Part shown: positions 29,251-39,498 of the stretch, one piece after another | How the letters are laid out: every line of letters starts with the position of its first letter | Position numbering within the stretch: the first letter of the stretch is position 1 | Source: an uncultured Bacillota bacterium | Lineage (GTDB): Bacteria > Bacillota > Clostridia > Christensenellales > UBA1242 | Length of the DNA: 64,000 nt | Assembly: GCA_949289785.1 (NCBI GenBank) | Contig: CASEOW010000035.1 | Coordinates: 13,851-77,850, forward strand | Reading direction: 5' to 3' | Position numbers and translations under genes: made by a program | The notes under the pieces: model-generated | Seen by the model: the letters and a program-made list of their open reading frames with translations, nothing else | What the model was told of the DNA's origin: nothing | The model's database searches: none

Positions 29251-29739
29251 TTACAATCTGTTATTATTCAAAATGGAACTTGTCTGACTGTGGCAAATAG
29301 CTACTGCAAGCGCATCTGCTGCGTCATCAGGTTTTGGAATTTCATTAAGCCCTAAAATTGCCTTGACCATATATTGAATTTGAGCTTTTTCTGCCCTACC
29401 TTGTCCTGTCAATGCTTGTTTTATTTGAAGTGGTGTGTATTCAAAAATATTACCGCAATATTTTTGGCATGCAAGAACTATTACTCCTCTTGCTTGAGCT
29501 ACTTGTATGATGGTTTTTTGATTTTTAAAATAAAATAGTTCCTCAATTGCAACTACCTCTGGTTTGTACTTATCAAATAAAAACTTAAGGCTGGCGTCTA
29601 TTGTTTCCAATCTTATTGGAAGGCTATCTTCTTTAGGAGTATTGATAGCACCATAATCTACAACCATGTCAGCTTTTTCAGTGTCAATTATACCAAAACC
29701 TATTATCGCATATCCTGGGTCAATTCCTAATATTCTCAT
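29251..29739 (-). CDS. ruvC: Crossover junction endodeoxyribonuclease RuvC
   Basis: ILGIDPG, AQARGV, DDAADALAVA. Confidence 0.98.
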   Translation of the reverse strand: MRILGIDPGYAIIGFGIIDTEKADMVVDYGAINTPKEDSLPIRLETIDASLKFLFDKYKPEVVAIEELFYFKNQKTIIQVAQARGVIVLACQKYCGNIFEYTPLQIKQALTGQGRAEKAQIQYMVKAILGLNEIPKPDDAADALAVAICHSQTSSILNNNRL

Positions 29740-29897
29740 AAGTTAAATTTTACTATATAATTAGATTTAAGTCAATTGCTTTAAAAGTTTTATAATATAA
29801 ATTTGTAAAATTTATTTTATAAATATAATTTAAAATAATTAAAATCAAACATAAAAAAAAGTTAAGTATTCAAACTTAAACTTTTTCATAATAAGAT

Positions 29898-30632
29898 TTA
29901 TTCTTCTTCGTCTAAATTGACATTATGATAAACTTCTTGAACATCATCAAGGTCTTCTAATGCATCAATCATTTTGATAAATTTTTCTAATTTATCGTTC
30001 TCTAAAGTTACATAATTATCTGGAACTAAGGTTGTTTCACTATTCAACACATTGTAACCTTTATCTTTTAATTGATCTGCAAGTTTGTTATGTTCATTAG
30101 CAGGTGTTATTATTTCAAATGAATCTTCATAGTCATTTATATCAATAGCTCCCATATCCAAAACTTCCATCATGAATTCATCACTATCAATATTATTAGT
30201 TTTTTCAACTTCAACTATTCCTTTTCTTTGAAAAAGATAACTAACACAACCATTATTACCTAAACTTCCACCAAACTTATCAAAAGAATGTCTTACATCT
30301 CCAGCTGTTCTATTTTTGTTATCAGTTAAACATTCAACAATAACAGCGGAACCACCTTGACCATACCCTTCATAAGTACAACTTTCATAGTTAACGCCTG
30401 ATAATTCTCCTGCTGCTTTTTTGATACTTCTTTCAATTGTGTCGTTAGGCATATTGTTTTGTTTTGCCTTAGCAATTACATCTTTTAATTTTGGGTTAGA
30501 TACAGGATCTGAACCACCAGCTTTTACAACAACGGCAATTTCTCTACCTATTTTTGTAAATATTTTTCCTCTTGCTGCATCACTTTTTCCCTTTCTTGCT
30601 TGTATATTGTGCCATTTTGAATGTCCAGACAT
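29898..30632 (-). CDS. yebC: YebC/PmpR family protein
   Basis: MSGHSKW, YEGYG.GG, LTDNKNRT, DDVQEVYHN. Confidence 0.96.
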   Translation of the reverse strand: MSGHSKWHNIQARKGKSDAARGKIFTKIGREIAVVVKAGGSDPVSNPKLKDVIAKAKQNNMPNDTIERSIKKAAGELSGVNYESCTYEGYGQGGSAVIVECLTDNKNRTAGDVRHSFDKFGGSLGNNGCVSYLFQRKGIVEVEKTNNIDSDEFMMEVLDMGAIDINDYEDSFEIITPANEHNKLADQLKDKGYNVLNSETTLVPDNYVTLENDKLEKFIKMIDALEDLDDVQEVYHNVNLDEEE

Positions 30633-30799
30633 AACATCTCCTTTTATTTGTTATATATCAATGTTTAATAACCATTTTCAATAAACTTATTTTATATTTT
30701 TTAGAAAATTTTGTCAAATAAAATAAATTATAATTTTATACATATTATAAAAATAAATATAAAAAATAATAGTATTTATAAACCTTTTTTTTAAATTTA

Positions 30800-31525
30800 T
30801 TAAAATATGTTTTTGTTTATTTCATACATAATAATAGAACCACTGATAGCAACATTTAAACTTTCAACATCATTTTGCATAGGTATAGATATTGATTCTG
30901 AACATAAATTTCCTAATTCTTTAGAAACTCCATTTCCTTCGTTTCCAAGAATTAAACCTACCGCTTCATTAAAATTTTTTGTAAATATGTTTTTACCATC
31001 CATATCTGCTTTTATAAATTTAACATTTAATTTGTTAGAAATTTTAAGAAAGTCGTTTTTATTCATTGAATATATGTTGTTTTTAAATATTGTACCAGCA
31101 CTACTTCTAATTAATTTTGAATTATTAATTTTAACACTATCTATTAAAAATACATTATTAAATCCAGAAGCTGTAGCACTTCTTATTAAAGTTCCAACAT
31201 TTCCTGGGTCTTGTAAGTTATCTAAGATTAAAACATTACATTGAATATTAAAATCTATATTTTGTGTGTAATCTACTATACATACTACTCCTTGTGGTGT
31301 TTTACTATCTGATAATTGTTCTATAGTTTTATGTTCTACTAAATAATGAGGTATATTTTCATTCCAAATATATTTTTCTTCATTACTAACAAGAATTAAT
31401 TTTGGAGATATACCTTGCGATATTGCATCATTTATTATTTTTACATTATCCAAAAAAAGCAAAGAACAATTATCTCGTTTTTGCTTTTTTAAATCTTTAA
31501 TTAGATTATTAGATGCCTTAAGCAT
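30800..31525 (-). CDS. TrmH/SpoU-family RNA methyltransferase
   Basis: LQDPGNVGTLIRSA, GNEGNG, ESLNVA; follows rplT. Confidence 0.93.
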   Translation of the reverse strand: MLKASNNLIKDLKKQKRDNCSLLFLDNVKIINDAISQGISPKLILVSNEEKYIWNENIPHYLVEHKTIEQLSDSKTPQGVVCIVDYTQNIDFNIQCNVLILDNLQDPGNVGTLIRSATASGFNNVFLIDSVKINNSKLIRSSAGTIFKNNIYSMNKNDFLKISNKLNVKFIKADMDGKNIFTKNFNEAVGLILGNEGNGVSKELGNLCSESISIPMQNDVESLNVAISGSIIMYEINKNIF

Positions 31526-31866
31526 TATTTTACTTGTCCTACTAAAGATGCAAATGCTTCAGGTTCTCTTACTGCCATATCAGCAAGAACTTTTCTGTTA
31601 AGTTCGATTCCTTTATTTTTTAAACCTGATATGAATTTAGAATAAGAGATTCCATTTTGTCTGCAAGCAGCATTAATTCTAGTAATCCAAAGAGCTCTGA
31701 AATTTCTTTTCTTAAGTTTTCTTCCAATATAAGCATATTGTCCACTGCGCATAACTTGTTGTTTAGCAGTTCTATAGAGTTTTGATTTAGCTCCTCTATA
31801 ACCTTTTGCACTTTTAAGTATTGAACGACGTTTTTTAACTGCGTTTACTGTTCTTTTAATTCTCAT
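31525..31866 (-). CDS. rplT: 50S ribosomal protein L20
   Basis: [24 protein letters not shown]. Confidence 0.99.
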   Translation of the reverse strand: MRIKRTVNAVKKRRSILKSAKGYRGAKSKLYRTAKQQVMRSGQYAYIGRKLKKRNFRALWITRINAACRQNGISYSKFISGLKNKGIELNRKVLADMAVREPEAFASLVGQVK

Positions 31867-31877
31867 AAGTCCCCCTT

Positions 31878-32072
31878 TTATTTAGCCAAAAGGGTCTTAA
31901 TGTTTTGTGTATTCTTTCCTGAAATATAAGATCCCTTTCTAAGTTTCTTTTTTACTGATTGTGATTTCTTTGTAAGGAAGTGTCCTTTTCCTGGTCTTGC
32001 AAATTTAACTTGTCCACTTGCTGTAAGTCTGAAGCGTTTTTTGCAACCACTATGTGTTTTTTGTTTTGGCAT
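31878..32072 (-). CDS. rpmI: 50S ribosomal protein L35
   Basis: MPKQKTH..KKRF; between infC and rplT. Confidence 0.97.
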   Translation of the reverse strand: MPKQKTHSGCKKRFRLTASGQVKFARPGKGHFLTKKSQSVKKKLRKGSYISGKNTQNIKTLLAK

Positions 32073-32085
32073 AATTATTCTCCTT

Positions 32086-32601
32086 TTATTTTGTCTTTTT
32101 TGGGCTTATAATAACAAAAATGTTTTTACCAAGAAGTTCAGGTTCTTTTTCAGTAGTTCCGTATTCTGAAAGTCTATTTGTAAATTCTTTTACTACTTCA
32201 ATTGCTTTTTTTACATAAGCTTGTTCTCTACCTTTCATTCGTAAAGATACTTTAACCTTATTACCTTCTTTTAAAAATTTTATAGCACTAGAAATTCTAT
32301 AAGCTATGTCATGTTCTTCTATTGTCATTGACAATCTTACTTCTTTTGTTTCTATTACTTTTTGAGATTTTTTCATCTCTTTTTCTTTTTTTAAAGCATC
32401 ATATTTATATTTTCCGTAGTTAAGAAGTTTGCAAGTTGGTGGATTTGCACCGCCTGACATTTGCACAAGATCTAAACCTCTTTCGTCAGCAATAGAAAGT
32501 GCTTCATTTATTGAAACAATGCCTAATTGTTCCCCGTTTTCTCCGATTAAACGAACTTGTGATGCTTGAATTTGTTCGTTTATTAATAGTTCCTTAAAAA
32601 T
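32086..32601 (-). CDS. infC: Translation initiation factor IF-3, non-canonical start
   Basis: Frame extends upstream of the ORF track through INEQI..VRLIGENGEQLG to ATT 32601 (or ATC 32604) behind AAGGGG; a non-AUG start is typical of infC. Confidence 0.95.
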   Translation of the reverse strand: MFKELLINEQIQASQVRLIGENGEQLGIVSINEALSIADERGLDLVQMSGGANPPTCKLLNYGKYKYDALKKEKEMKKSQKVIETKEVRLSMTIEEHDIAYRISSAIKFLKEGNKVKVSLRMKGREQAYVKKAIEVVKEFTNRLSEYGTTEKEPELLGKNIFVIISPKKTK

Positions 32602-32621
32602 GATTATAATCCCCTTTTAAT

Positions 32622-32740
32622 AAAAAATTTGGTAGAAAGCATAAAATTCCACCAAAAAACCTTCATAAAATAATTAAGTTTTTTAACCAAATCAAACTTA
32701 TAGTCGATTGGTGAGAAGTGGAACTTCTTCTTTCACGCAT
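32622..32740 (-). promoter_or_regulatory. L20 leader of infC-rpmI-rplT
   Basis: AGAAGTTCCACTTCTCACC motif, downstream GGTGGAA..TTCTACC hairpin with T-run; TTGACA-17-TATATT promoter just upstream. Confidence 0.75.
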
Positions 32741-32803
32741 ATTAATATATCATAAATTAATTTGTTTGTCAACTATTTTATTTATATTTTAATTAAATAT
32801 TTT

Positions 32804-33364
32804 TTACAAAAAATTATCAATTAAATTTGCTATTTTTAAAATTATTTTGTTAGCATTCTTCAATGCTTTTTCTTTCATTATTGCTTTAAAAAAAATACTT
32901 ATTCCTGCTATTAAAGCTGAAACTGAAATTGATATTAAAAGAATTATGTTTTGATTATTCAAGTTACTTGTAAACGCAACCACAACACAAGCGCCACTAG
33001 CTCCACATAATGTACTACAAATATCTCCTACCACATCTGCACAAAATGAACACACTTTTTCTGAATGTTTACAAAGTTTAACTGCAGTATTAGCTCCCTT
33101 TACTTTATTTTTTTCTAGTTTTAAAAAATATTCTATTTCTGCAGATGCTGCTGCTATACCTATCATATCGAAAAATACAGATATAAAAATAAAAATTGTT
33201 ATACATATAGAGGCTATTATTATTCCCATTTTGTTTAATAATGTTTGGCTTATAAAACCAAAAAATAATGATAAACAAATTGTAATGATAAACATTCTTA
33301 TAGCCCAAATATATTTTTTTAATCCGTTATAATTTTGTATTGTAGCTTTATTGTATCTTTTCAC
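32804..33364 (-). CDS. Conserved membrane protein, CNNM/DUF21-like TM region only
   Basis: Four hydrophobic segments; FD.IGIA, KVKGA..A..L, SFCADVVGDIC. Confidence 0.65.
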   Translation of the reverse strand: MKRYNKATIQNYNGLKKYIWAIRMFIITICLSLFFGFISQTLLNKMGIIIASICITIFIFISVFFDMIGIAAASAEIEYFLKLEKNKVKGANTAVKLCKHSEKVCSFCADVVGDICSTLCGASGACVVVAFTSNLNNQNIILLISISVSALIAGISIFFKAIMKEKALKNANKIILKIANLIDNFL

Positions 33365-33418
33365 AAAATAATATATGTTTTTTTATTTTGCTATATTCTT
33401 TAAACTCAAAATGTAATG

Positions 33419-33631
33419 TTATTCTTCTTCTAATTTTCCTAAAGATTCTTTAATTTGAAAAAGTTTTCCTTTAGTTTTATCTAATGTTGTGTAACAAAAT
33501 TCAATAAGTTCTTTAGCTTCATTTATTAATAAGTTAACATCATCTAAAGTTACATTACCACTTTCTATTAGGTCAATGATTTCATATAATCTTTTGGTAG
33601 CAGACTCATATGTTTTATTTTTATTTTCCAT
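33419..33631 (-). CDS. xseB: Exodeoxyribonuclease VII small subunit
   Basis: TYESA..RL.EII..IESG.V.LD; follows xseA. Confidence 0.88.
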   Translation of the reverse strand: MENKNKTYESATKRLYEIIDLIESGNVTLDDVNLLINEAKELIEFCYTTLDKTKGKLFQIKESLGKLEEE

Positions 33632-33632
33632 T

Positions 33633-34808
33633 TTATTCCCCTTTTATTTGTTTTGCAATAATTTTTCCATCTTTAAAAATAATTTCAAATTCTTTATTTT
33701 TTTCCAACATGTTTTTATTTATAATTGGTTTGCTATTTTGTTCTATTTTTGTAAAGCCCATGTTTAGTATTTTATTAGGGTCTATTTTATCTAATGTTGT
33801 CTCTATTAAACCTAAGTCATATTGTTTTGTGTTGATTATATTATCAAATGAAGTTAATATTTTATGTTTAATAAAAACAAAATTTTTTTCTTTTGATAAT
33901 ATGAAATTCTCATATAAAGATGTCAGTTTTAAACTTAAATTTTGTAATTGATTTTGATTTACTTGTAAAAATTTATTTATGCTTCTCTCAAAAACTTGTG
34001 ATATTCCATTAATTTCTGCTTTTCTATCTTCCATATTGAATGTTAACAGTTCAGCTGCAGCAGAAGGTGTAGGTGCTCTCATATCACTAACAAAATCTAT
34101 TATTGTAAAATCAGTTTCATGACCTACTGCAGAAATAATTGGCTTTTTGCAATTATAAGTGCTTCTAGCCACAATTTCAGTATTATACGCCCAAAGATCT
34201 TCTAAAGAACCTCCTCCTCTAGCAACTACAACAACATCTATATTTGGATATTCGCTAAACATATCTATAGCGTGTGCAATTTCATTTTCCGCACCATTTC
34301 CTTGAACTTTTGTATTATAAAGAACAATGTCAACAGTAGGGTTTCTTCTCCAAGCTATATTTTTAATATCTTGTATTACAGCTCCATCTTTTGAAGTAAT
34401 TACTCCAATTCTATTAATTTTTTTTGGAATTTCTTTTTTATGTTTTTCATCAAACAATCCTTCATTTTGCAATGTTTCTTTTAATTTTAAAAATTTTTCA
34501 AAAAGTTCTCCTTGTCCAACTTTTTCAATATTATAAACATTAAAATTTAACTTCCCACCTTTTACATAATAATTGGGAGTTCCAACAATAATAATCTTAT
34601 TTCCTTCGATTATTTGATTAATAAAATTAGGATAAAAGCATACACATGAAAGAGAAGCTGATTCATCTTTTAGTGAAAAATATATTACATTTCTTGAAAC
34701 GCTTACACCAAAAACTTCCCCTACTACTGAGATATTGTGTAATAAGGTTTCTGATTCAAATATTTGCTTAATATATGTATTTAATTTTGAAACTGTAATT
34801 GCTTCCAT
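33633..34808 (-). CDS. xseA: Exodeoxyribonuclease VII large subunit
   Basis: YFSLKD, GAVIQDI, ARGGGSLEDLW, SAVGHETD, APTPSAAAE. Confidence 0.98.
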   Translation of the reverse strand: MEAITVSKLNTYIKQIFESETLLHNISVVGEVFGVSVSRNVIYFSLKDESASLSCVCFYPNFINQIIEGNKIIIVGTPNYYVKGGKLNFNVYNIEKVGQGELFEKFLKLKETLQNEGLFDEKHKKEIPKKINRIGVITSKDGAVIQDIKNIAWRRNPTVDIVLYNTKVQGNGAENEIAHAIDMFSEYPNIDVVVVARGGGSLEDLWAYNTEIVARSTYNCKKPIISAVGHETDFTIIDFVSDMRAPTPSAAAELLTFNMEDRKAEINGISQVFERSINKFLQVNQNQLQNLSLKLTSLYENFILSKEKNFVFIKHKILTSFDNIINTKQYDLGLIETTLDKIDPNKILNMGFTKIEQNSKPIINKNMLEKNKEFEIIFKDGKIIAKQIKGE

Positions 34809-34820
34809 AAATTACTCGAT

Positions 34821-35213
34821 TTAATTTAATTTTAAATCTTTAACAATTGAGGAAAGAACTCCATTTATAAACTTTCCACTTTTTTCAGTTGAATATTTTT
34901 TAGCTAAATTTATTACTTCATTAATTATAATTTTGACAGGAGTTTTTAAATAAATTATTTCGCATATAGCTTCACTTATTAAAGCAAGGTCCACACGATA
35001 TACTCTATCAATTTCATATCCTATAAGATGTGATTTTATAATTTGTTCAATATCATCTTTATGTGCTAAATAATTATTTATAATTTCCATTGCGAAAGTT
35101 TTATCTTCTTCTTTTTTTAATGATACAAAAAACTCTTCGTCAATATCTTTGTTACTGACGAAAAGTTTTTCAAATATTACTTGAAATGCAAGTTCTCTAG
35201 CATAAGCTCTCAT
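34821..35213 (-). CDS. nusB: Transcription antitermination factor NusB
   Basis: ARELAFQ, INEVINLAKKYS, FINGVL. Confidence 0.95.
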   Translation of the reverse strand: MRAYARELAFQVIFEKLFVSNKDIDEEFFVSLKKEEDKTFAMEIINNYLAHKDDIEQIIKSHLIGYEIDRVYRVDLALISEAICEIIYLKTPVKIIINEVINLAKKYSTEKSGKFINGVLSSIVKDLKLN

Positions 35214-35581
35214 TATTGCACCTGCTCATCACATTCCACATCAAGGACATGGACATTAATTTTTCCAGGTTTAATTCCTACCATAGAACTAAGCGAATTT
35301 TTAATGTTTTCTTGAACTCTGTAAGCAATATCTGGAACATTATAACCAATATATACTTTAATATAAACATCAACATTAAGAGTCCCATTAGTATCAAATT
35401 TTATACTTACACCCTCAGTTTTAGGTTTTACTATTTTTTTTAACAATGGTAAATAACTATTTGTTAAAGAATGAACTCCATTAATTTCTTTTGTAGCAAG
35501 GTTTATGATAGATAAAAGAATATCTCTGTCTATTTCCACCTTGCCAGTCTTTTGCAATGTCTTTTTTTGTTGCTGTGTCAT
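35213..35581 (-). CDS. Asp23/Gls24 family protein (YqhY-like)
   Basis: G.VEI...., VDVYI.V..GYNVPDIA..VQENIK, INVHV; ATG 35581 behind AGGAG. Confidence 0.9.
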   Translation of the reverse strand: MTQQQKKTLQKTGKVEIDRDILLSIINLATKEINGVHSLTNSYLPLLKKIVKPKTEGVSIKFDTNGTLNVDVYIKVYIGYNVPDIAYRVQENIKNSLSSMVGIKPGKINVHVLDVECDEQVQ

Positions 35582-35630
35582 TATCAACTCCTACTTTCTT
35601 AGTATAACACAGATTTAACATAATTTGCAA

Positions 35631-36101
35631 TTATTCTACAGGAATAATTTTGATATTTTCAATTCCTATAGAAAATTGAGACTGAATAACTGATACAATT
35701 TGTGCTACTTGAGAATCTGTGAGCTGTGCAGCTTTTACTACAGCATTCACATTAGAATCTGACATTGTAACAACACAATCTTCAAATCCTTTAGATTTTA
35801 TAAGACCTTCAATAACAAGTTCTTGCTCCATTTGTTCTACAAGTGCAAGTTTTGCGCTTTCTGCATTTTTTATTGCTTCTTCAGTTGAAGATTCATTAGC
35901 GATTATAGCATCATAATAAAGCATTTCTTGATCTCTAGTAGATTCTCTATCTGAACGATAAGTTTGGAAATAACTTGATGTGGTAGTAGTATTATCATTT
36001 TGACTTGATACTGAATTATTTAGCATAACATTCAAAAATCCTGTTACTCCAAGAAGCAAAACCATAACTGTTATAATAATTATTTTTGTTCTTTTTTTCA
36101 T
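35631..36101 (-). CDS. spoIIIAH: Stage III sporulation protein AH
   Basis: YF..YR.DRE..R, IEGLIKSKGFEDCVV; last gene of the spoIIIA operon. Confidence 0.93.
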   Translation of the reverse strand: MKKRTKIIIITVMVLLLGVTGFLNVMLNNSVSSQNDNTTTTSSYFQTYRSDRESTRDQEMLYYDAIIANESSTEEAIKNAESAKLALVEQMEQELVIEGLIKSKGFEDCVVTMSDSNVNAVVKAAQLTDSQVAQIVSVIQSQFSIGIENIKIIPVE

Positions 36102-36113
36102 AAAAATCTCCTT

Positions 36114-36659
36114 TTATTTTCCACTTATAATATTTATCTTAGAGTTATCAATTTCTATCACAGTTTGAATTATAGAAAGAATATTCATTTTAACAAATGT
36201 ATCATCAGCACCACTTGCAATTACAACTATTCCTTTAATTATTGGATAGATTTCTTCTAATAGTAAAGGTTGTCCATCAACCATTACAATAGTCTGAGAT
36301 GTAATAGTTGAACCATTTGAAGTTGTTTTTATTTCTTCTTCTGTAGCGTAAATGTATTCAAACCCTTTTTCTAAAGTAATAGCAATTTCTACATCGCCCG
36401 CACCTTTAACTTTTGTTATTACATTTTCAAGTTTATTCTCAAGAAAAGCAACATATTCCATTGAGTTTGAGTATTCTTGAGATATATTGTCGTCATTTGT
36501 AGAAGAACTTGCACCTGTGTTTTTATTTGAAGAAATTAATGAAAAATATATAATACCTACAACCAAAGCTAGTCCAACTGCTAAATATATTTCAAAGTGC
36601 TTTATCTTTTTGATTTTGTCTAAGAACATTTTAAATTTAGTTTTAAAATTATCCATCAT
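36114..36659 (-). CDS. spoIIIAG: Stage III sporulation protein AG
   Basis: LENKLE.VI..VKGAG.V, P.IKGIVVIASGA. Confidence 0.92.
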   Translation of the reverse strand: MMDNFKTKFKMFLDKIKKIKHFEIYLAVGLALVVGIIYFSLISSNKNTGASSSTNDDNISQEYSNSMEYVAFLENKLENVITKVKGAGDVEIAITLEKGFEYIYATEEEIKTTSNGSTITSQTIVMVDGQPLLLEEIYPIIKGIVVIASGADDTFVKMNILSIIQTVIEIDNSKINIISGK

Positions 36660-37146
36660 ATAAGATTGCCTCCTCGTCTATATCTACAACAGTCATAATT
36701 ATATTAGATATATCTTTCTTTATCTTCGTTATATTGTTATGCTCTGCATTTTCAGATATTACTAAATCAGATAAATCGACATAAATAGACTTAAATTGCA
36801 TTGCATTATCAAAAATATCACAATTTAAATATACTGAAACATTTTTATATCCCCTTTCTTCTACTTTATTTTCTATTGTTTCTTTTATACCATTCATTTT
36901 GTCAATGTTGACTTGATAAAGATAATCACTATCTATTTCATATATTTCATTATTAAATATATTAGAGAAATCAAAATCCTTATTTAATAATTTTGGAATA
37001 GGCATAATTACTATTAAAATAACTAAAAAAGAAAGAACACCTTTTATATATCTATTCATTTGTCCGTTAGGTAATAAAAGTTCTATTATTACAGAGATAC
37101 ATATAATTCCTGCAATAGATAAAATCCAACCTGAAATTTGCTCCAT
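36649..37146 (-). CDS. spoIIIAF: Stage III sporulation protein AF
   Basis: W...I..., ELLLPNG.M.RYIK; operon position. Confidence 0.9.
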   Translation of the reverse strand: MEQISGWILSIAGIICISVIIELLLPNGQMNRYIKGVLSFLVILIVIMPIPKLLNKDFDFSNIFNNEIYEIDSDYLYQVNIDKMNGIKETIENKVEERGYKNVSVYLNCDIFDNAMQFKSIYVDLSDLVISENAEHNNITKIKKDISNIIMTVVDIDEEAILYDG

Positions 37147-37155
37147 ATACGCTCC

Positions 37156-38385
37156 TTAGAATATATTGGCACTGCACATTACAAGTCCAATTATGATAAA
37201 ATATACAAATGCTACACCAATAATTAAAGCTATTAAAAGTTGCATATTTTTTGAAATAGAAGATATAAAATTTGCTATTTGTTTACTTCCTAGTGGTTCA
37301 ACTATAGCAGACACTAATTTAAGTGCTAACATGAAAATTATAAGTTGTAAAAGCGGAGTTATAATACTGGCTAATATTAAAAATAAACCACTTGCACCTA
37401 CAGCGTTTTTAATTAAATTTGATGAAGCTAATATTACACTCATTCCATCACTAATATAAGAACCTAAAATAGGAACATAGGACTTTATAGCATATTTAGC
37501 AGTTTTAATTGAAATACCGTCTATTGAACCAGCAGTAATTCCTTGAATAGATAGAAAAGCCGTAAATATTGTAAATATTAACCCTGTTATCCATTTAAAA
37601 AAACTATTAAAAAATGATGTAAATTTATCTAGTTTTATTGTATTTGATAAATTAGACACTACACTAAAGACTACTGAAAATATGAAAATTGGAAGAAGAA
37701 TATAAGTGAAAATATTAATAATAATACTGGATAAAAGTGCCATTGCTGGTTGATAAACACCTACTGAAACGGTTCCGCCTATAGCAGTTAATAATGTCAA
37801 TAATAACGGAAATATTGCATCCATTTGGTTTTTAAGATTAAAAAGAGTATTGGTTGTTGTTGTAATCATTTTTATTGTCATAGATAAAACTAATACAACT
37901 ATAACTCCATAAGTTACGAAATGTATCAAATTCGATATACTTTTTTCGTTGTTTGAAGGTTTTAATCCTTGCATTAAATTTGCTAGCAATGAAACTGCTA
38001 TTATAATTGAGATAAAAGGTAATATATTTAGAATATTATCAAAAAGAATTTCAATAATGTTAAGCCAAAGATTTTCTGAAGAACCTAAATTACCACTCAA
38101 CAAATCTTTAACTTTTTCAATAAAACTTTCATTTCCAAATAAATCCAATTCCCCACTTGTTAATGCATTTAGTAAATCTTCTAATGAAGAAAAATCAAGA
38201 TAATCTAATTGGTGGTCTATTTCATCGGAAATTTCTTGCTGAATTTCATCATTGTTTTTTATTTCTTCAGCTTTAGCAATATTTTGAAAACTAGGATAAA
38301 ATATTGTTATGAAAAACATACAAATTACAACTATAAAAAAATGTTTATTTTTAATTTTTTTTGAATATGATTTATAATTTTTCAT
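37156..38385 (-). CDS. spoIIIAE: Stage III sporulation protein AE
   Basis: Polytopic membrane protein; KTAKY....VP.LG..ISD, LIKNAVG. Confidence 0.95.
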   Translation of the reverse strand: MKNYKSYSKKIKNKHFFIVVICMFFITIFYPSFQNIAKAEEIKNNDEIQQEISDEIDHQLDYLDFSSLEDLLNALTSGELDLFGNESFIEKVKDLLSGNLGSSENLWLNIIEILFDNILNILPFISIIIAVSLLANLMQGLKPSNNEKSISNLIHFVTYGVIVVLVLSMTIKMITTTTNTLFNLKNQMDAIFPLLLTLLTAIGGTVSVGVYQPAMALLSSIIINIFTYILLPIFIFSVVFSVVSNLSNTIKLDKFTSFFNSFFKWITGLIFTIFTAFLSIQGITAGSIDGISIKTAKYAIKSYVPILGSYISDGMSVILASSNLIKNAVGASGLFLILASIITPLLQLIIFMLALKLVSAIVEPLGSKQIANFISSISKNMQLLIALIIGVAFVYFIIIGLVMCSANIF

Positions 38386-38771
38386 GGCAACAACTCCATG
38401 ATTATATTAAGAATACTGGTTATTATTGGCAAAGCCATAACCATTATAACAATTTTTCCTCCTAGTAAAACTTTATCCCCTAAACTTGAATTTCCAGTAT
38501 CAGAACATATACTTGCTGTGAATTCTACTAAGTAACCTATACCGATTATTTTTAATAAGATAGTATATAAACTAGAATTAATTCCACTGATACCTATTAT
38601 ATTTTTTATTACATTGAAAACATCGGTAAGGTAATTAATGATTAAAAAAACAATTATTAACCCACCGACAATTCCAATTATAATAGCAAAATCTGCTTTT
38701 ATAGGTTTAATTATTAAAGTTGCAAAACAACTTATAAGCCCTATAGCAATAATTTTAAAAATGATATCCAT
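38382..38771 (-). CDS. spoIIIAD: Stage III sporulation protein AD
   Basis: LLKIIGIGYLVEF...ICSD.G, K....GK. Confidence 0.93.
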   Translation of the reverse strand: MDIIFKIIAIGLISCFATLIIKPIKADFAIIIGIVGGLIIVFLIINYLTDVFNVIKNIIGISGINSSLYTILLKIIGIGYLVEFTASICSDTGNSSLGDKVLLGGKIVIMVMALPIITSILNIIMELLP

Positions 38772-38782
38772 TATACCTCATA

Positions 38783-38977
38783 CTAAAAATTAAACAATGT
38801 TTTCAAACTGCTAAATAAATCTCCTATTAAATTTAATACCATTAAAAGTACAATTATTAATCCTGCCAAAGTAGCAAGTGTAGAGATTTCATCTTTTCCT
38901 GTTTGTTTAAGGACTTGTCCAATTATTGCAGTAAGAATGCCTATAGCTGCAATTTTGAAAATGATATCTACATCCAT
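38783..38977 (-). CDS. spoIIIAC: Stage III sporulation protein AC
   Basis: MDVDIIFKIAAIGIL...VLKQ.GK.E...LAGL. Confidence 0.95.
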   Translation of the reverse strand: MDVDIIFKIAAIGILTAIIGQVLKQTGKDEISTLATLAGLIIVLLMVLNLIGDLFSSLKTLFNF

Positions 38978-38992
38978 AATACCTCTCTTTTT

Positions 38993-39487
38993 TTATATAA
39001 ACAAAACCACTAACATCAGCCCCGAAATAATTCCTAATTTGATTGATAGTGAACCATATTTTTTTTGTTCTAATGATGAAGTTTGTGAAAAACTTTCAAA
39101 TCTTGTTTGAAAATTTTTTATTTCTTTAGATTGACTTTCAACATCACTTCTGCCTAAAGTCCTAAAAAAATTATAAATCAAATCTTTTTCATCATCTTTT
39201 ATAAAATTAATGTTTTTAAATAAAGATTCTTTATCTAATGGTGTCTCTTTATCTAAAAAAGATATGAAATTTTTATCAATTCCTTTTAAATCTCTTTTGT
39301 AATTTTCATCTATAGCTTCAAAAATAGATTTCATTTTTTGTCTGGAATAATTAATTTCAATATCAAATTTTTGACAAAGATATATTAATGCTTTAAAAAA
39401 ATTATCTCTTATTTTATATTTTCTAGAAAATAAATATCCTATATAAATACAAACACATAGTAATAAAATTAATAAAAAATATTTCAT
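38993..39487 (-). CDS. spoIIIAB: Stage III sporulation protein AB
   Basis: N-terminal TM, EINYS, LGRSD.ESQ, C-terminal LG...GL. Confidence 0.9.
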   Translation of the reverse strand: MKYFLLILLLCVCIYIGYLFSRKYKIRDNFFKALIYLCQKFDIEINYSRQKMKSIFEAIDENYKRDLKGIDKNFISFLDKETPLDKESLFKNINFIKDDEKDLIYNFFRTLGRSDVESQSKEIKNFQTRFESFSQTSSLEQKKYGSLSIKLGIISGLMLVVLFI

Positions 39488-39498
39488 AAAATCTCCTT

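Noticed and set aside
32086..32466. Truncated 126-aa IF-3 as given in the ORF track
   Set aside because: The frame continues to an ATT/ATC start at 32601-32604, which is normal for infC
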